22,073 nt of DNA from Elusimicrobiota bacterium (GCA_043816185.1 JBDRIG010000045.1:1-22073), one strand, 5' to 3'. Counted from the stretch's first letter, positions 8,618 through 17,967 are shown. The notes: a model not told the origin generated them from the letters alone. A program made the numbers and translations.

Positions 8618-10057
8618 ATGCGAATTAAAATTAAAACAAAATTTGTAGCGGTCGCATTACGATGCGACTTCCTTTTATCCTTAATTTTTCTCCTGCTTTT
8701 TACTTGCCCGGTATTTTCCAAAAACATTGCAGTAATCCCTTTTCAGAATATCACCGGTGACAAAGAAAAAAACTGGATAGGTGCAGGTTTTTCAGAAACC
8801 TTAACTACAAAACTTGTTAAGGTAAGTGAAATAACTGTACTTGAAAGAGAAAATCTATCAAAAATATTAGAAGAAATAAATTTTCAATATACCGGCGCTG
8901 TTGACGAAAATACCGCAGTTAAAATGGGTAAAATGTATGGTGCAGATGTGATGATTTTTGGCTCTTTTCAGGTTATGGGAGATAAATTAAGAATTACTGC
9001 AAGATTTGTGGATGTTCAGACCATAAAAGTAATTGACACAGCAGAGGCAAATGGAAATATCTCCGATATTTTTAAACTTCAGGATGAAATTGCATTTAAT
9101 TTATTGAATAGCTTGAAAATAGTTTTGGGTGAAAAAGAAAAAGAAGAAATAAAAATAAATCCAACCGAAAACCTAACCGCATACCAATGGTTCAGTAAAG
9201 GAATTGAGGCATATAATGAGGCATGTGATAAAGAAATAGATGCAACGATTGAGATGCATGATTTAAATGAAAAACTTTATAGTAAAGATAAAGCATTAGA
9301 ACTTTATCGTGAAGCAACAAAATCAATATATGATAAAACAATAGAATATTATACAGAGGCGATTGAAATAGATAAAAATTATGTAGATGCCTATATCAAC
9401 CGCGGAAAGACTTATATTAGGAAAGGTTTATATGATGAAGCAATAGAAGATTATAATAAAGCAATTGAAATAAACCCAAAACTTGCAGAGGCTTACTATC
9501 GTCGGGGAATTGCTTATAAATGTGGAAAAGGTTGGGAAAAATTAGCAATGAAAGATTTTAACAAAGCTGCTAAATTAGGCGATTACTCATATTTTGCCGG
9601 TGAATTGCGTATAAAAGGACTTAAAAGTGAAGGGGAGGGTAAAATTGATGAAGCAATAGAATACTATACAAAAGCAATAAAACTAAACCCAAAAGATGCG
9701 GTTAATTATGGATGTCGGGCGACGGCTTATTATAAAAAAAATAGTTTTAATGAAGCAATTAAGGATTATACAAAAGCAATAGAAATAGAACCAGGGGAAG
9801 CAAGTTATGGCTATTATATTATACGAGGACACTCTTATCGTGAAAAAGGTTTATATGACGAGGCAATTAAAGAATATACAAAAGTAATGGAGTTTTATTC
9901 GGCGGAGCCTGAATCATTTTTGTTTTATTTCCGTGGAATAACGTATCATAAAAAAGGTTTAGATAAATTGGCAATAAAAGACCTTAAAAAGGCTGCAGAC
10001 TTAGGGAATGAAAACGCAAAGCAAAACTTAAAAAAGTTTTTTAATATTGATTATTGA
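8618..10057 (+). CDS. Exported TPR-repeat protein with N-terminal CsgG/FlgO(TolB-N)-like domain
   Basis: Hydrophobic signal ending PVFS. IAVIPFQN...GADVMIFGS...LRITARFVDV domain, then multiple TPRs (AYINRG...YDEAIEDYNKAIEINP). Confidence 0.8.
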   Translation: MRIKIKTKFVAVALRCDFLLSLIFLLLFTCPVFSKNIAVIPFQNITGDKEKNWIGAGFSETLTTKLVKVSEITVLERENLSKILEEINFQYTGAVDENTAVKMGKMYGADVMIFGSFQVMGDKLRITARFVDVQTIKVIDTAEANGNISDIFKLQDEIAFNLLNSLKIVLGEKEKEEIKINPTENLTAYQWFSKGIEAYNEACDKEIDATIEMHDLNEKLYSKDKALELYREATKSIYDKTIEYYTEAIEIDKNYVDAYINRGKTYIRKGLYDEAIEDYNKAIEINPKLAEAYYRRGIAYKCGKGWEKLAMKDFNKAAKLGDYSYFAGELRIKGLKSEGEGKIDEAIEYYTKAIKLNPKDAVNYGCRATAYYKKNSFNEAIKDYTKAIEIEPGEASYGYYIIRGHSYREKGLYDEAIKEYTKVMEFYSAEPESFLFYFRGITYHKKGLDKLAIKDLKKAADLGNENAKQNLKKFFNIDY

Positions 10058-10101
10058 AAATTATACAGGAAAAATTGGGACAGATTGGGCTCAATTTCCA
10101 T

Positions 10102-10158
10102 AAGATTTACGGTTTGACAGATGAAGAAATAAAAATCGCGGAAGGTAAATATGTCTGA
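10102..10158 (+). pseudogene. C-terminal scar of a type IIG/Eco57I-like restriction-modification enzyme
   Basis: Translates KIYGLTDEEIKIAEGKYV*, matching the typical (L/I)YGLTxEEIxIVE terminus. The rest of the gene is absent. Confidence 0.6.
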
Positions 10159-10318
10159 GTTTGAAAAGTGGTTAACAATATGTGCCTCAGTTATTACTAT
10201 AATTGGTTCCTTGCTCGGTTTCTTTTTTGGAAAAAGAAAAGGAGTGAAGATGATGCAAGAGCAGAAGCAGGTTTCGGATGACAAAAAACAGTATCAAAAA
10301 CAAATGTTTGAAAATTAA
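10151..10318 (+). CDS. 55-aa single-transmembrane orphan protein (below ORF-track cutoff)
   Basis: MSEFEKWLTICASVITIIGSLLGFFFGKRKGVKMMQEQKQVSDDKKQYQKQMFEN*. TM followed by KRK. GAAGGT upstream. Start overlaps the scar's stop. Confidence 0.6.
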   Translation: MSEFEKWLTICASVITIIGSLLGFFFGKRKGVKMMQEQKQVSDDKKQYQKQMFEN

Positions 10319-10335
10319 AGAGAAAATGGGGATAT

Positions 10336-10608
10336 ATGCTTGATAAAAAAACGAGTCAAGAACAATATCAGAGCATAAATGTTGCCAATGCAGAACATGG
10401 TATGACAGACAGTATTAGATGTAGGTTTGTTGCAGAAGATACTGGGTATATTCCGATGGGTCCCGCTTTTTTAAGAATGGCGAATGAAGTTAAGGTGTTG
10501 ATTTATAAAGGTGAAGTGAAAAAAGTATTTTGTTCTTATTTTGAAAATGGGAATTGTAAAAGCCCATACAATAATGAACAAGAAAAAAAATGTTATTTGT
10601 ATAAATAA
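10336..10608 (+). CDS. Hypothetical 90-aa protein with Cys-rich C-terminus
   Basis: ORF 17 bp after the preceding small ORF. C-x7-C-x11-C at the C-terminus plus one earlier Cys. Confidence 0.55.
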   Translation: MLDKKTSQEQYQSINVANAEHGMTDSIRCRFVAEDTGYIPMGPAFLRMANEVKVLIYKGEVKKVFCSYFENGNCKSPYNNEQEKKCYLYK

Positions 10609-10701
10609 AAATACCACCAGCTCTGGAAAATGTGAAAAAACCAAAAATCCGGGGCGTCCTGCATTTTGATTAGCGGGAATAAATTTCTTGTTCGGTAAAA
10701 A

Positions 10702-11193
10702 ATGAAAACTGTAAAAAATAAAAACAACTATGCATTTATTGATAGCCAGAATTTGAATCTTTCAATTCGCGAACAGGGTTAGATGCTTGATTTCAAACGG
10801 TTCAAAAAATATTTAGAAGATAAATATTCTATTACAAAAGCATTTTTGTTTATCGGATATGTTCCCACAAACGAGAGTTTGTATACTTCATTACAAAAAT
10901 ATGGTTACATTTTGATATTTAAACCGACTTTATTGCTACCGGATGGTAAGGTTAAGGGCAATATAGATGCTGAACTGGTTTTGCACGCTATGATAGAATA
11001 TCCTAATTACGATAAGGCGGTGATTGTTACAGGTGACGGCGACTTTCATTGCTTAATTGAATACCTTAAAAAACAGGGTAAATTGGAAAGATTGCTAATA
11101 CCAAATCGTAATAAATATTCTTTTCTTCTGCGGAAGTTTCGACATAATATGGCTTTTGTTGATGATTTGCGCGGGAAGTTGGAGTATAAATGA
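10702..11193 (+). pseudogene. NYN (LabA/DUF88, PIN-like) nuclease interrupted by an in-frame TAG
   Basis: ATG 10702 gives MKTVKNKNNYAFIDSQNLNLSIREQG*(10780-10782)MLDF... in one frame. Motifs FIDSQN, KGNID, TGDGDF. Confidence 0.85.
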
Positions 11194-11245
11194 AAAAGGG
11201 GCATTCCGCGGGACGAACCCTTTGGATAACCCCTCATCGTGATTC
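11191..11245 (-). ncRNA. Candidate ~55-nt structured small RNA convergent with the NYN gene
   Basis: GC-rich island just downstream of a - strand promoter. Nested stems, possible pseudoknot and a 3' U-run. Inferred, not matched to a named family. Confidence 0.5.
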
Positions 11246-11251
11246 AACGTG

Positions 11252-11280
11252 AGTATATATAAAAATTTGATTTTTGTCAA
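11252..11280 (-). promoter_or_regulatory. Near-consensus sigma70 promoter on the - strand
   Basis: TTGACA (11280-11275), 17 bp, TATACT (11257-11252). Confidence 0.75.
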
Positions 11281-11295
11281 GTATTTTTTTGGAAT

Positions 11296-11460
11296 ATGAA
11301 AAATATAAACATCAGGCAAAATTTGCCGTTAAAAGATGAATATACTTTTGACTTTTTGGAATTAGGTGAAGAGCATTCGGAAAAACAGTTGGAAGTTGAA
11401 CTGATTAACAATGTTGGATCGCTGAAAAAGTCATCAACGGTCTTGATTACACAGATATAA
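11296..11460 (+). pseudogene. Internal fragment of a YhcG/DUF1016 PD-(D/E)xK nuclease gene
   Basis: KDEYTFDFLELGEEHSEKQLE motif. The preceding KYKHQAKFAV lies in a shifted frame. No N- or C-terminal domains. Confidence 0.7.
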
Positions 11461-11487
11461 TGTTCATTATATCGGGAGATACAGATT

Positions 11488-12777
11488 ATGAAATTATCAG
11501 TTATAGGGACAGGTTATGTCGGATTGACGACGGGTGTTTGCCTTGCTGATATTGGACATTCCGTTATTTGTGTTGATAACGATAATGCCAAAATTGCTCT
11601 TTTGAAAAAGAATAAATCTCCAATTTACGAGCCGCAACTTGAAGAAATCCTGAAAAAAAATGTTCAAAATAAACGGCTGTCATTTTCAACAAATATAAAA
11701 GAAGCCGTCATAAAATCAGATGTGATTTTTATTTGTGTTGGGACACCGCCGCGTGAGGATGGTTCTGCTGATTTGTCGTATATTGAAAACGTAGCATCGG
11801 AAATTGCAAAAAATATGAGTAGTTATAAATTGATTGTTGACAAATCAACAGTTCCGGTTGATACTGGCGAAAAGGTTGAAATGACAATCAAGAGAAATCT
11901 CAAAAAAAATATTCCCTTTGATATTGCGTCAAATCCGGAATTTTTAAGAGAGGGTTCTGCCGTTTACGATACTTTTAATCCAGACAGAATAGTTATTGGT
12001 GTTTCGTCGGAAAAAGCAGAAAAGATATTAAGAGAAATTTATAAACCATTAAAAACAAAAATTCTTGTTACCGATATAAAAAGTGCGGAAATTATTAAAC
12101 ACGCGTCCAATTCTTTTCTTGCTACAAAAATTTCTTTTATAAACGCAGTTGCAAATATATGTGAACGTTGCGGTGCAGACGTTGAAAAGGTTGCCGAAGG
12201 CATTGGATTGGACAAAAGAATTGGTGCCGCATTTCTCGATGCTGGGATTGGTTTTGGCGGGTTTTGTTTTCCTAAGGATCTTGAAGCATTTTTGTGGATT
12301 TCGAAAAAATTGGGTTACGAATTTGATTTATTAAAAAATGTCAGAGAGATAAATGAATATCAAAAGCACAGTTTTATTAAAAAAATCGAGGATGCTTTAT
12401 GGATTGTCAAAGGTAAAACTATCGGCATTTTGGGGTTGGCATTTAAACCAAATACGGACGACATGAGATTTGCACCGTCGATTGATATAATAAATGCTCT
12501 TCAAAACGAAGGTGCAAAAATAAAGGTGTTTGATCCGAAGGCGACCGAAAAAGCAAAAGAGGTTTTAAAAAATGTCGTGTATTGCGATAATCCATATGAG
12601 GTTGCAAAAAATTCTGATTGTCTTGCAATTTTAACAGAATGGGAAGAAATAAAAAAAATTGATTTGGAAAAAATAAAAAAACTTTTGAAACATCCAATAA
12701 TCATTGATGGAAGAAATATTTTTAATCCCAAAAAAATGGAAAAACTCGGGTTTATTTATAGAGGAGTTGGACGTTAA
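11488..12777 (+). CDS. ugd: UDP-glucose 6-dehydrogenase
   Basis: [49 protein letters not shown]. Confidence 0.95.
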   Translation: MKLSVIGTGYVGLTTGVCLADIGHSVICVDNDNAKIALLKKNKSPIYEPQLEEILKKNVQNKRLSFSTNIKEAVIKSDVIFICVGTPPREDGSADLSYIENVASEIAKNMSSYKLIVDKSTVPVDTGEKVEMTIKRNLKKNIPFDIASNPEFLREGSAVYDTFNPDRIVIGVSSEKAEKILREIYKPLKTKILVTDIKSAEIIKHASNSFLATKISFINAVANICERCGADVEKVAEGIGLDKRIGAAFLDAGIGFGGFCFPKDLEAFLWISKKLGYEFDLLKNVREINEYQKHSFIKKIEDALWIVKGKTIGILGLAFKPNTDDMRFAPSIDIINALQNEGAKIKVFDPKATEKAKEVLKNVVYCDNPYEVAKNSDCLAILTEWEEIKKIDLEKIKKLLKHPIIIDGRNIFNPKKMEKLGFIYRGVGR

Positions 12778-13736
12778 TGGATAAAATTATGCAAGTACTA
12801 ATTACTGGTGGTGCGGGTTTTATTGGCAGTCATTTGTGTGATAGATTTATTCGAGATGGCCATTATGTTACCTGCATGGATAATCTTCTTACAGGTTCAC
12901 TAAAAAACATAGCACATCTAAAAAAAGAGAAAAAATTTAAGTTCGTAAAGCACAATGTAACAAAACACATAACGGTAAATGGCTCTGTAGACGCAATTCT
13001 TCATTTTGCATCACCTGCATCGCCGATTGATTATATAAAATTGCCTATTCAAACATTAAAAGTTGGTTCACTTGGTACCCACAATGCACTTGGTCTTGCA
13101 AAAGAAAAAAAAGCGAGATTTCTACTTGCATCAACATCGGAAGTTTATGGTGATCCGCTTGTTCATCCTCAGAAAGAAAGTTATTGGGGAAATGTAAATT
13201 GTATTGGTCCAAGGGGCGTCTACGATGAAGCAAAAAGATTTGCCGAAGCAATTACGATGGCATATCACAGAATTCACAAAGTTGATACAAAAATTATAAG
13301 AATTTTTAATACTTTCGGAGAAAGAATGCGGCTTAACGACGGAAGAGTGGTACCTAATTTCATATATCAGGCGATAAAAGGTATGCCTCTAACTATTTAT
13401 GGAAGTGGTAGACAAACCAGAAGTTTTTGTTATGTGTCTGATATGGTAGACGGTATTTTGCGACTTTTAATGTCATCCGCTAATGAACCTGTGAATATAG
13501 GTAATCCCGATGAATATTCAATTTTGGAGTTTGCAAAAATAATATTAAAATTAACAAACTCAAAAAGTAAAATAGTTTTTGAAAAACTTCCAGTAGACGA
13601 TCCAAAAATGAGACAACCGAATATTTCAAGAGCAAAAAAAATATTAAAATGGAGTCCGAAAGTATCCATTGAAGAAGGAATTGAAAAAACCATAAAATGG
13701 TTTGCACAAAAAGCAGAATTGAAAATTAAGGATTAA
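12777..13736 (+). CDS. UDP-glucuronate decarboxylase (UDP-xylose synthase)-like SDR; alternative start 12789
   Basis: [54 protein letters not shown]. Confidence 0.9.
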   Translation: MDKIMQVLITGGAGFIGSHLCDRFIRDGHYVTCMDNLLTGSLKNIAHLKKEKKFKFVKHNVTKHITVNGSVDAILHFASPASPIDYIKLPIQTLKVGSLGTHNALGLAKEKKARFLLASTSEVYGDPLVHPQKESYWGNVNCIGPRGVYDEAKRFAEAITMAYHRIHKVDTKIIRIFNTFGERMRLNDGRVVPNFIYQAIKGMPLTIYGSGRQTRSFCYVSDMVDGILRLLMSSANEPVNIGNPDEYSILEFAKIILKLTNSKSKIVFEKLPVDDPKMRQPNISRAKKILKWSPKVSIEEGIEKTIKWFAQKAELKIKD

Positions 13737-13787
13737 GAGAGCAGGATTAAATTGCAAGGATTAAGAAACTTAATTCTTAAAGCGAAG

Positions 13788-13820
13788 ATTTCTACCAATA
13801 TGCCGCCCCCCTATGGGGCT
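13788..13820. repeat. REP-like palindrome remnant
   Basis: tttctaccaatatgccgcccccctatggggct: GC-rich hairpin (cccc/gggg) with CTAC (GTAG on the - strand) in an AT-rich spacer. Confidence 0.5.
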
Positions 13821-13920
13821 GTGATACATATGGAATTTATAGATGTTAATCCAATTGTTCCGCCGTGCAATACTTCACAATATCGGTAGCATGTCATTAA
13901 GCGGTTTTACAGGAGAAATG

Positions 13921-14868
13921 ATGAAAGTTTTGGTGACAGGTGGTGCTGGGTTTATTGGTTCACATATTGTTGAGCAATTGCTGAAAATGAAAATGAATGT
14001 AATAGTATTGGATAATTTCTGTACTGGCAAAAAAGAAAATTTGAATTTTTCTCCTTCTTCCTCCCCATCTTCTCTTGAAATTGTTAAGGGTGACATCAGG
14101 GATGAAAAAATGGTTGCAAAAGTTATGAAGGGTGTTGATTTCGTTTTTCACGAGGCAGCTTTGCGATCAGTACCTCGCTCTATCGACGATCCCATTTCAA
14201 CAAATAATGTAAATATAACAGGCACGCTTAATCTTTTGATTGCCGCCAAAAATGAAAAAGTGAAAAGATTTATCTATGCATCATCTTCGTCGGTGTACGG
14301 TGATACAAAAGAACTTCCAAAAAAAGAATTGCAAAAACCACAGCCGATTTCTCCATATGCTGTTTCAAAATTGACTGGAGAATATTACTGTCAAGTTTTT
14401 TCGAAAACATTTGGGCTTGAGACGGTTTCGTTACGTTATTTTAATGTTTTTGGTCCTCGTCAGGATCCAGAGTCAAAATACGCAGTTGTCGTGCCTATAT
14501 TTATTTATTGTGGACTTAAAAATAAACCGTTTGAAGTTCACAGCGATGGCAAACAATCGCGAGATTTTACATATATTGACAATGTAGTAAGTGCAAACAT
14601 TTTATCTTTAACTGCAAAAAATGTATCGGGGAAAGTTTTTAATATTGCTTGTAATAAGAAACACTCTATTTTGGAAATCGCATATAATGTCGGAAAAGTT
14701 TTAGGAATAAAACCGAAGTTTGTATACAAGCCGAAAAGGGTCGGAGATGTAAGACATACCCTCGCAGATATAACCTTTGCAGGAAAAATTTTGAAATACA
14801 AGCCGTTGATTAATTTTGAAGATGGTATGAAAAAAACAGTGGAGTATTTTAGGAAATTTTATGCTTAA
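13921..14868 (+). CDS. NAD-dependent UDP-sugar (UDP-GlcNAc/GlcNAcA) 4-epimerase-like SDR (WbpP/TviC-like)
   Basis: [56 protein letters not shown] at 13911 supports a start at 13918/13921. Confidence 0.88.
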   Translation: MKVLVTGGAGFIGSHIVEQLLKMKMNVIVLDNFCTGKKENLNFSPSSSPSSLEIVKGDIRDEKMVAKVMKGVDFVFHEAALRSVPRSIDDPISTNNVNITGTLNLLIAAKNEKVKRFIYASSSSVYGDTKELPKKELQKPQPISPYAVSKLTGEYYCQVFSKTFGLETVSLRYFNVFGPRQDPESKYAVVVPIFIYCGLKNKPFEVHSDGKQSRDFTYIDNVVSANILSLTAKNVSGKVFNIACNKKHSILEIAYNVGKVLGIKPKFVYKPKRVGDVRHTLADITFAGKILKYKPLINFEDGMKKTVEYFRKFYA

Positions 14869-16150
14869 AGAAAAAATTGAGAAAAAACAAGCAGTTATAT
14901 CAATTATAGGTCTCGGATATGTAGGGCTTCCACTTGCTATAGAGTTTGCCAAGAGTGGTTTCAAAACTATTGGTCTAGATATTGACGAAAGAAAAATTTC
15001 ATCGTTGAAAAACAAAACAAGTTATATTAAACATATTCCGTCAGAAAATATAAAAAATCTCAAAAATTTCGAAGCATCATCAGATTTTTCAAAATTGAAG
15101 ATTTGCGATTGTATTATTGTATGTGTGCCGACACCATTAACCAAAATGAAAGAGCCCAACATGAGTTTTGTAGTAGAAACATCTGAAGTTATTGCAAAAT
15201 ATCTACACAAAGAACAGGTAGTTATTCTTGAAAGTACAACATATCCTGGCACTACGGACGAGGTTGTAAAACCGATATTAGAAAAAACAGGGCTTAAAGC
15301 AGGAGTCGATTTTTATCTTGCTTTTTCACCAGAGCGTGAGGATCCTGGCAATAAAAATTACTCAACAAAAACAATTCCCAAAGTAGTCGGAGGAATAAAC
15401 AAAATTTCAACAGAAATTGCCTCGCTTCTCTACGCAAGCGTGTTAGATAAAATTATTCCAGTATCGTCTATGAAAGTCGCAGAAGCTACAAAAATGCTTG
15501 AAAATACTTTTCGTGCCGTCAATATCGCAATGATAAACGAACTTAAAATTCTGTTTGATAAAATGGATTTTAATATTTGGGAAGTTATTGAGGCAAGTAA
15601 AACGAAACCATTTGGGTTTATGCCTTTTTATCCTGGGCCTGGCTGGGGTGGACACTGTATTCCCATCGATCCATTTTATCTTTCTTGGAAAGCAAAACAA
15701 TACAATTTTAACTTAAAGTTTATAGAACTCGCTGGTGAAATAAATACAAGAATGCCAGAATATGTCATTGAAAAATTACAAAATGCACTTAATGAAAAAG
15801 GCGTTGCACTTAAAAATTCAAAGATTCTAATATTGGGAATGGCTTATAAAAAAGACTCTGATGATATAAGAGAATCTCCGTCTTTGGAATTGTTAGAAAT
15901 TTTAGAAAAAAAAGGTGCTATTGTTTCATACAATGACCCTTATATTTCTAAAATTCCAAAAATGCGTCGTCATCAAATTGAAAAAAAATCCGTCGATATA
16001 ACAACCAATAATCTTAAAAAGTTTGATGCTGTTTTAATTTCAACTAATCATACTTTATACGATTACGATTTTATCTTAAAGAATTCAAAATTAATTGTTG
16101 ATACCCGAAATGCAATAGAAAAAAAAGATAAAAAAGTAGTTAAGGCATAA
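14861..16150 (+). CDS. UDP-N-acetylhexosamine 6-dehydrogenase (WbpA/WecC family)
   Basis: GLGYVGLPLA, CVPTP, ESTTYPGTT, SPEREDPGN, GGHCIPIDP, DDIRESP, DTRN. Confidence 0.92.
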   Translation: MLKEKIEKKQAVISIIGLGYVGLPLAIEFAKSGFKTIGLDIDERKISSLKNKTSYIKHIPSENIKNLKNFEASSDFSKLKICDCIIVCVPTPLTKMKEPNMSFVVETSEVIAKYLHKEQVVILESTTYPGTTDEVVKPILEKTGLKAGVDFYLAFSPEREDPGNKNYSTKTIPKVVGGINKISTEIASLLYASVLDKIIPVSSMKVAEATKMLENTFRAVNIAMINELKILFDKMDFNIWEVIEASKTKPFGFMPFYPGPGWGGHCIPIDPFYLSWKAKQYNFNLKFIELAGEINTRMPEYVIEKLQNALNEKGVALKNSKILILGMAYKKDSDDIRESPSLELLEILEKKGAIVSYNDPYISKIPKMRRHQIEKKSVDITTNNLKKFDAVLISTNHTLYDYDFILKNSKLIVDTRNAIEKKDKKVVKA

Positions 16151-16286
16151 AACACGAAACAAATACGCAACTTTTAATTTTCATTTCAGCGGGCTGGCTA
16201 AAATCAAGTGCAAATATTTTACATCGGCTTCGCGGCATTTTTATAGAATCGGATGCAACGTTTTGCGTCGGTTTCACGGTATTCCC

Positions 16287-16997
16287 ATGAATATACCAAA
16301 AACTATCATAAATTCCATACTTAATTTTTTTTATCCCAATGTTTGTATTGTTTGCGGGGATAGTACTGATGGAAATAATTTATCGATTTGTCGAAAATGT
16401 TTAGATAAAATTGAATACATAAAACCATTATGTTGTCAGACTTGTAGTCAACCGCTTCCTGACGGTGGGGCGCATTGCTGGCAGTGTCGCAAAACAAAAT
16501 ATCATTTTGAAAAAATTGTTGCTGTTGGTAAATATGTAGATGTTTTGCGGGAGTTGATACTTAAATTTAAGAAAAAAGATTTTTTGAAAAATGTTCTTGG
16601 CAATTTATTGATTAAGGTTTTGAAAAAAAATGTTAATATTAAGGAGTTTGATTTAATTGTAGCAGTACCATTAAGCAAAAAAAAGGAATTTTTCAGAGGA
16701 TATAATCAATCGCAACTTTTATCTGAATTTATTGCATGTAAATTTGATAAACAAGTAATCAAAGGAAATCTTATTAGGGCAAGGAACACAAAGTCTCAAT
16801 TTGAATTGACCCGCGAAGAACGTTTAATCAATTTAAAAAATGCCTTCAAAGTCAAAAATCCATTAGTATTTGAAAATAAAAACGTTATTCTTGTGGATGA
16901 TATTGCAACAACTTGTTCAACATTGGAAGAATGTTCGATAGTATTAAAGAATGCTGGTGCAAAAAAAGTTTTGTGTGCCGTTTTGGCACGGGATTAA
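16287..16997 (+). CDS. comF: ComF family protein (double zinc ribbon + phosphoribosyltransferase domain)
   Basis: Four CxxC pairs, RGYNQS, ILVDDIATT. Confidence 0.9.
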   Translation: MNIPKTIINSILNFFYPNVCIVCGDSTDGNNLSICRKCLDKIEYIKPLCCQTCSQPLPDGGAHCWQCRKTKYHFEKIVAVGKYVDVLRELILKFKKKDFLKNVLGNLLIKVLKKNVNIKEFDLIVAVPLSKKKEFFRGYNQSQLLSEFIACKFDKQVIKGNLIRARNTKSQFELTREERLINLKNAFKVKNPLVFENKNVILVDDIATTCSTLEECSIVLKNAGAKKVLCAVLARD

Positions 16998-17001
16998 ATA
17001 T

Positions 17002-17967
17002 ATGAATATATTAAAAAATATAAATGAAGTTATAAAAAGTGAAATTGAAACGTTAGTGGTTTTAGAAAAAAATATTGATGTATCGTATGAAAAAGCGGTA
17101 AAGATGATTTTTAATTGTCGTGGAAAAGTGATTGTTACGGGTGTTGGAAAATCAGGTAACATTGCTCAAAAAATCGCGGCAACATTAGTATCAACAGGAA
17201 CACTGGCGATATATCTTCATCCGACGGAAGGGATGCACGGTTCGCTTGGCGTTGTTTGCAAAAACGATATAATTTTCGCCATAGGTAAATCAGGAGAAAG
17301 TGAAGAACTTTTGGGAATTCTTAGAACCATCAAAAAAATTGGTGCAAAAATAATTTCCATAACTGCAAATCTTGAATCAACGCTCGCAAAAAGTTCAGAT
17401 ATAATTTTATATACTCCGATAAAGCAAGAGGTATGCCCTTTGAATTTGTGTCCGACCAACTCAACAACGGTTGCTCTGGTTGTTGGCGATGCTATAGCAG
17501 TTACGCTTATGAAAATGAGGAAATTTAAGCCAGAAGATTTTGGTTTGCTTCATCCTGGTGGCGTAATAGGCAAACGATTGCTTCTTACTATTGGTGACAT
17601 TATGCGATCTGGTAACGATAATTCCACAGTTAGAATAGACGATTCGATAGAAAATATGCTTCTTGAAATAACAAAAAAAAGATGCGGCGCAGTATCGATT
17701 ATTGATAAAAATCAAAAATTATTAGGTTTTATTACCGACTATGATATAAGAAAAATTTTTGAAAAAAAAGAGGACATATTTTCCAAAAAAATAAAAGATA
17801 TTATGAATCCAAAACCGATATTTATATATTCCGACGTAAAGGTGGTAGTTGCGATTGCTGTTATGCAAAATCGTGAAAAGACGATTGTAGTTTTACCCGT
17901 AGTAAATAAACAAAAGAATGCTATAGGAATAATTCATATGCAGGATATTTTAGCGAAGGGTTTGTGA
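17002..17967 (+). CDS. kdsD: KpsF/GutQ family arabinose-5-phosphate isomerase (SIS + CBS pair)
   Basis: TGVGKSG, STGT, MHG, KSGES, PTNST, HPGG, C-terminal CBS domains. Confidence 0.88.
   Translation: MNILKNINEVIKSEIETLVVLEKNIDVSYEKAVKMIFNCRGKVIVTGVGKSGNIAQKIAATLVSTGTLAIYLHPTEGMHGSLGVVCKNDIIFAIGKSGESEELLGILRTIKKIGAKIISITANLESTLAKSSDIILYTPIKQEVCPLNLCPTNSTTVALVVGDAIAVTLMKMRKFKPEDFGLLHPGGVIGKRLLLTIGDIMRSGNDNSTVRIDDSIENMLLEITKKRCGAVSIIDKNQKLLGFITDYDIRKIFEKKEDIFSKKIKDIMNPKPIFIYSDVKVVVAIAVMQNREKTIVVLPVVNKQKNAIGIIHMQDILAKGL

Noticed and set aside
9340..9980. Nucleotide-level repeats within the TPR gene as DGR template/variable repeats
   Set aside because: Explained by TPR unit duplication; no reverse transcriptase in the window and no adenine-specific mismatch pattern noticed.
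10780..10782. Pyrrolysine or alternative genetic code at the NYN TAG
   Set aside because: TAG terminates other genes normally here, the position fits a Trp codon transition, and no pyl genes are visible.
16252..16283. ECF-sigma promoter or hairpin before comF (tgcaac...ggtat; gatgcaa/ttgcgtc)
   Set aside because: Too short and degenerate to support without comparative data.
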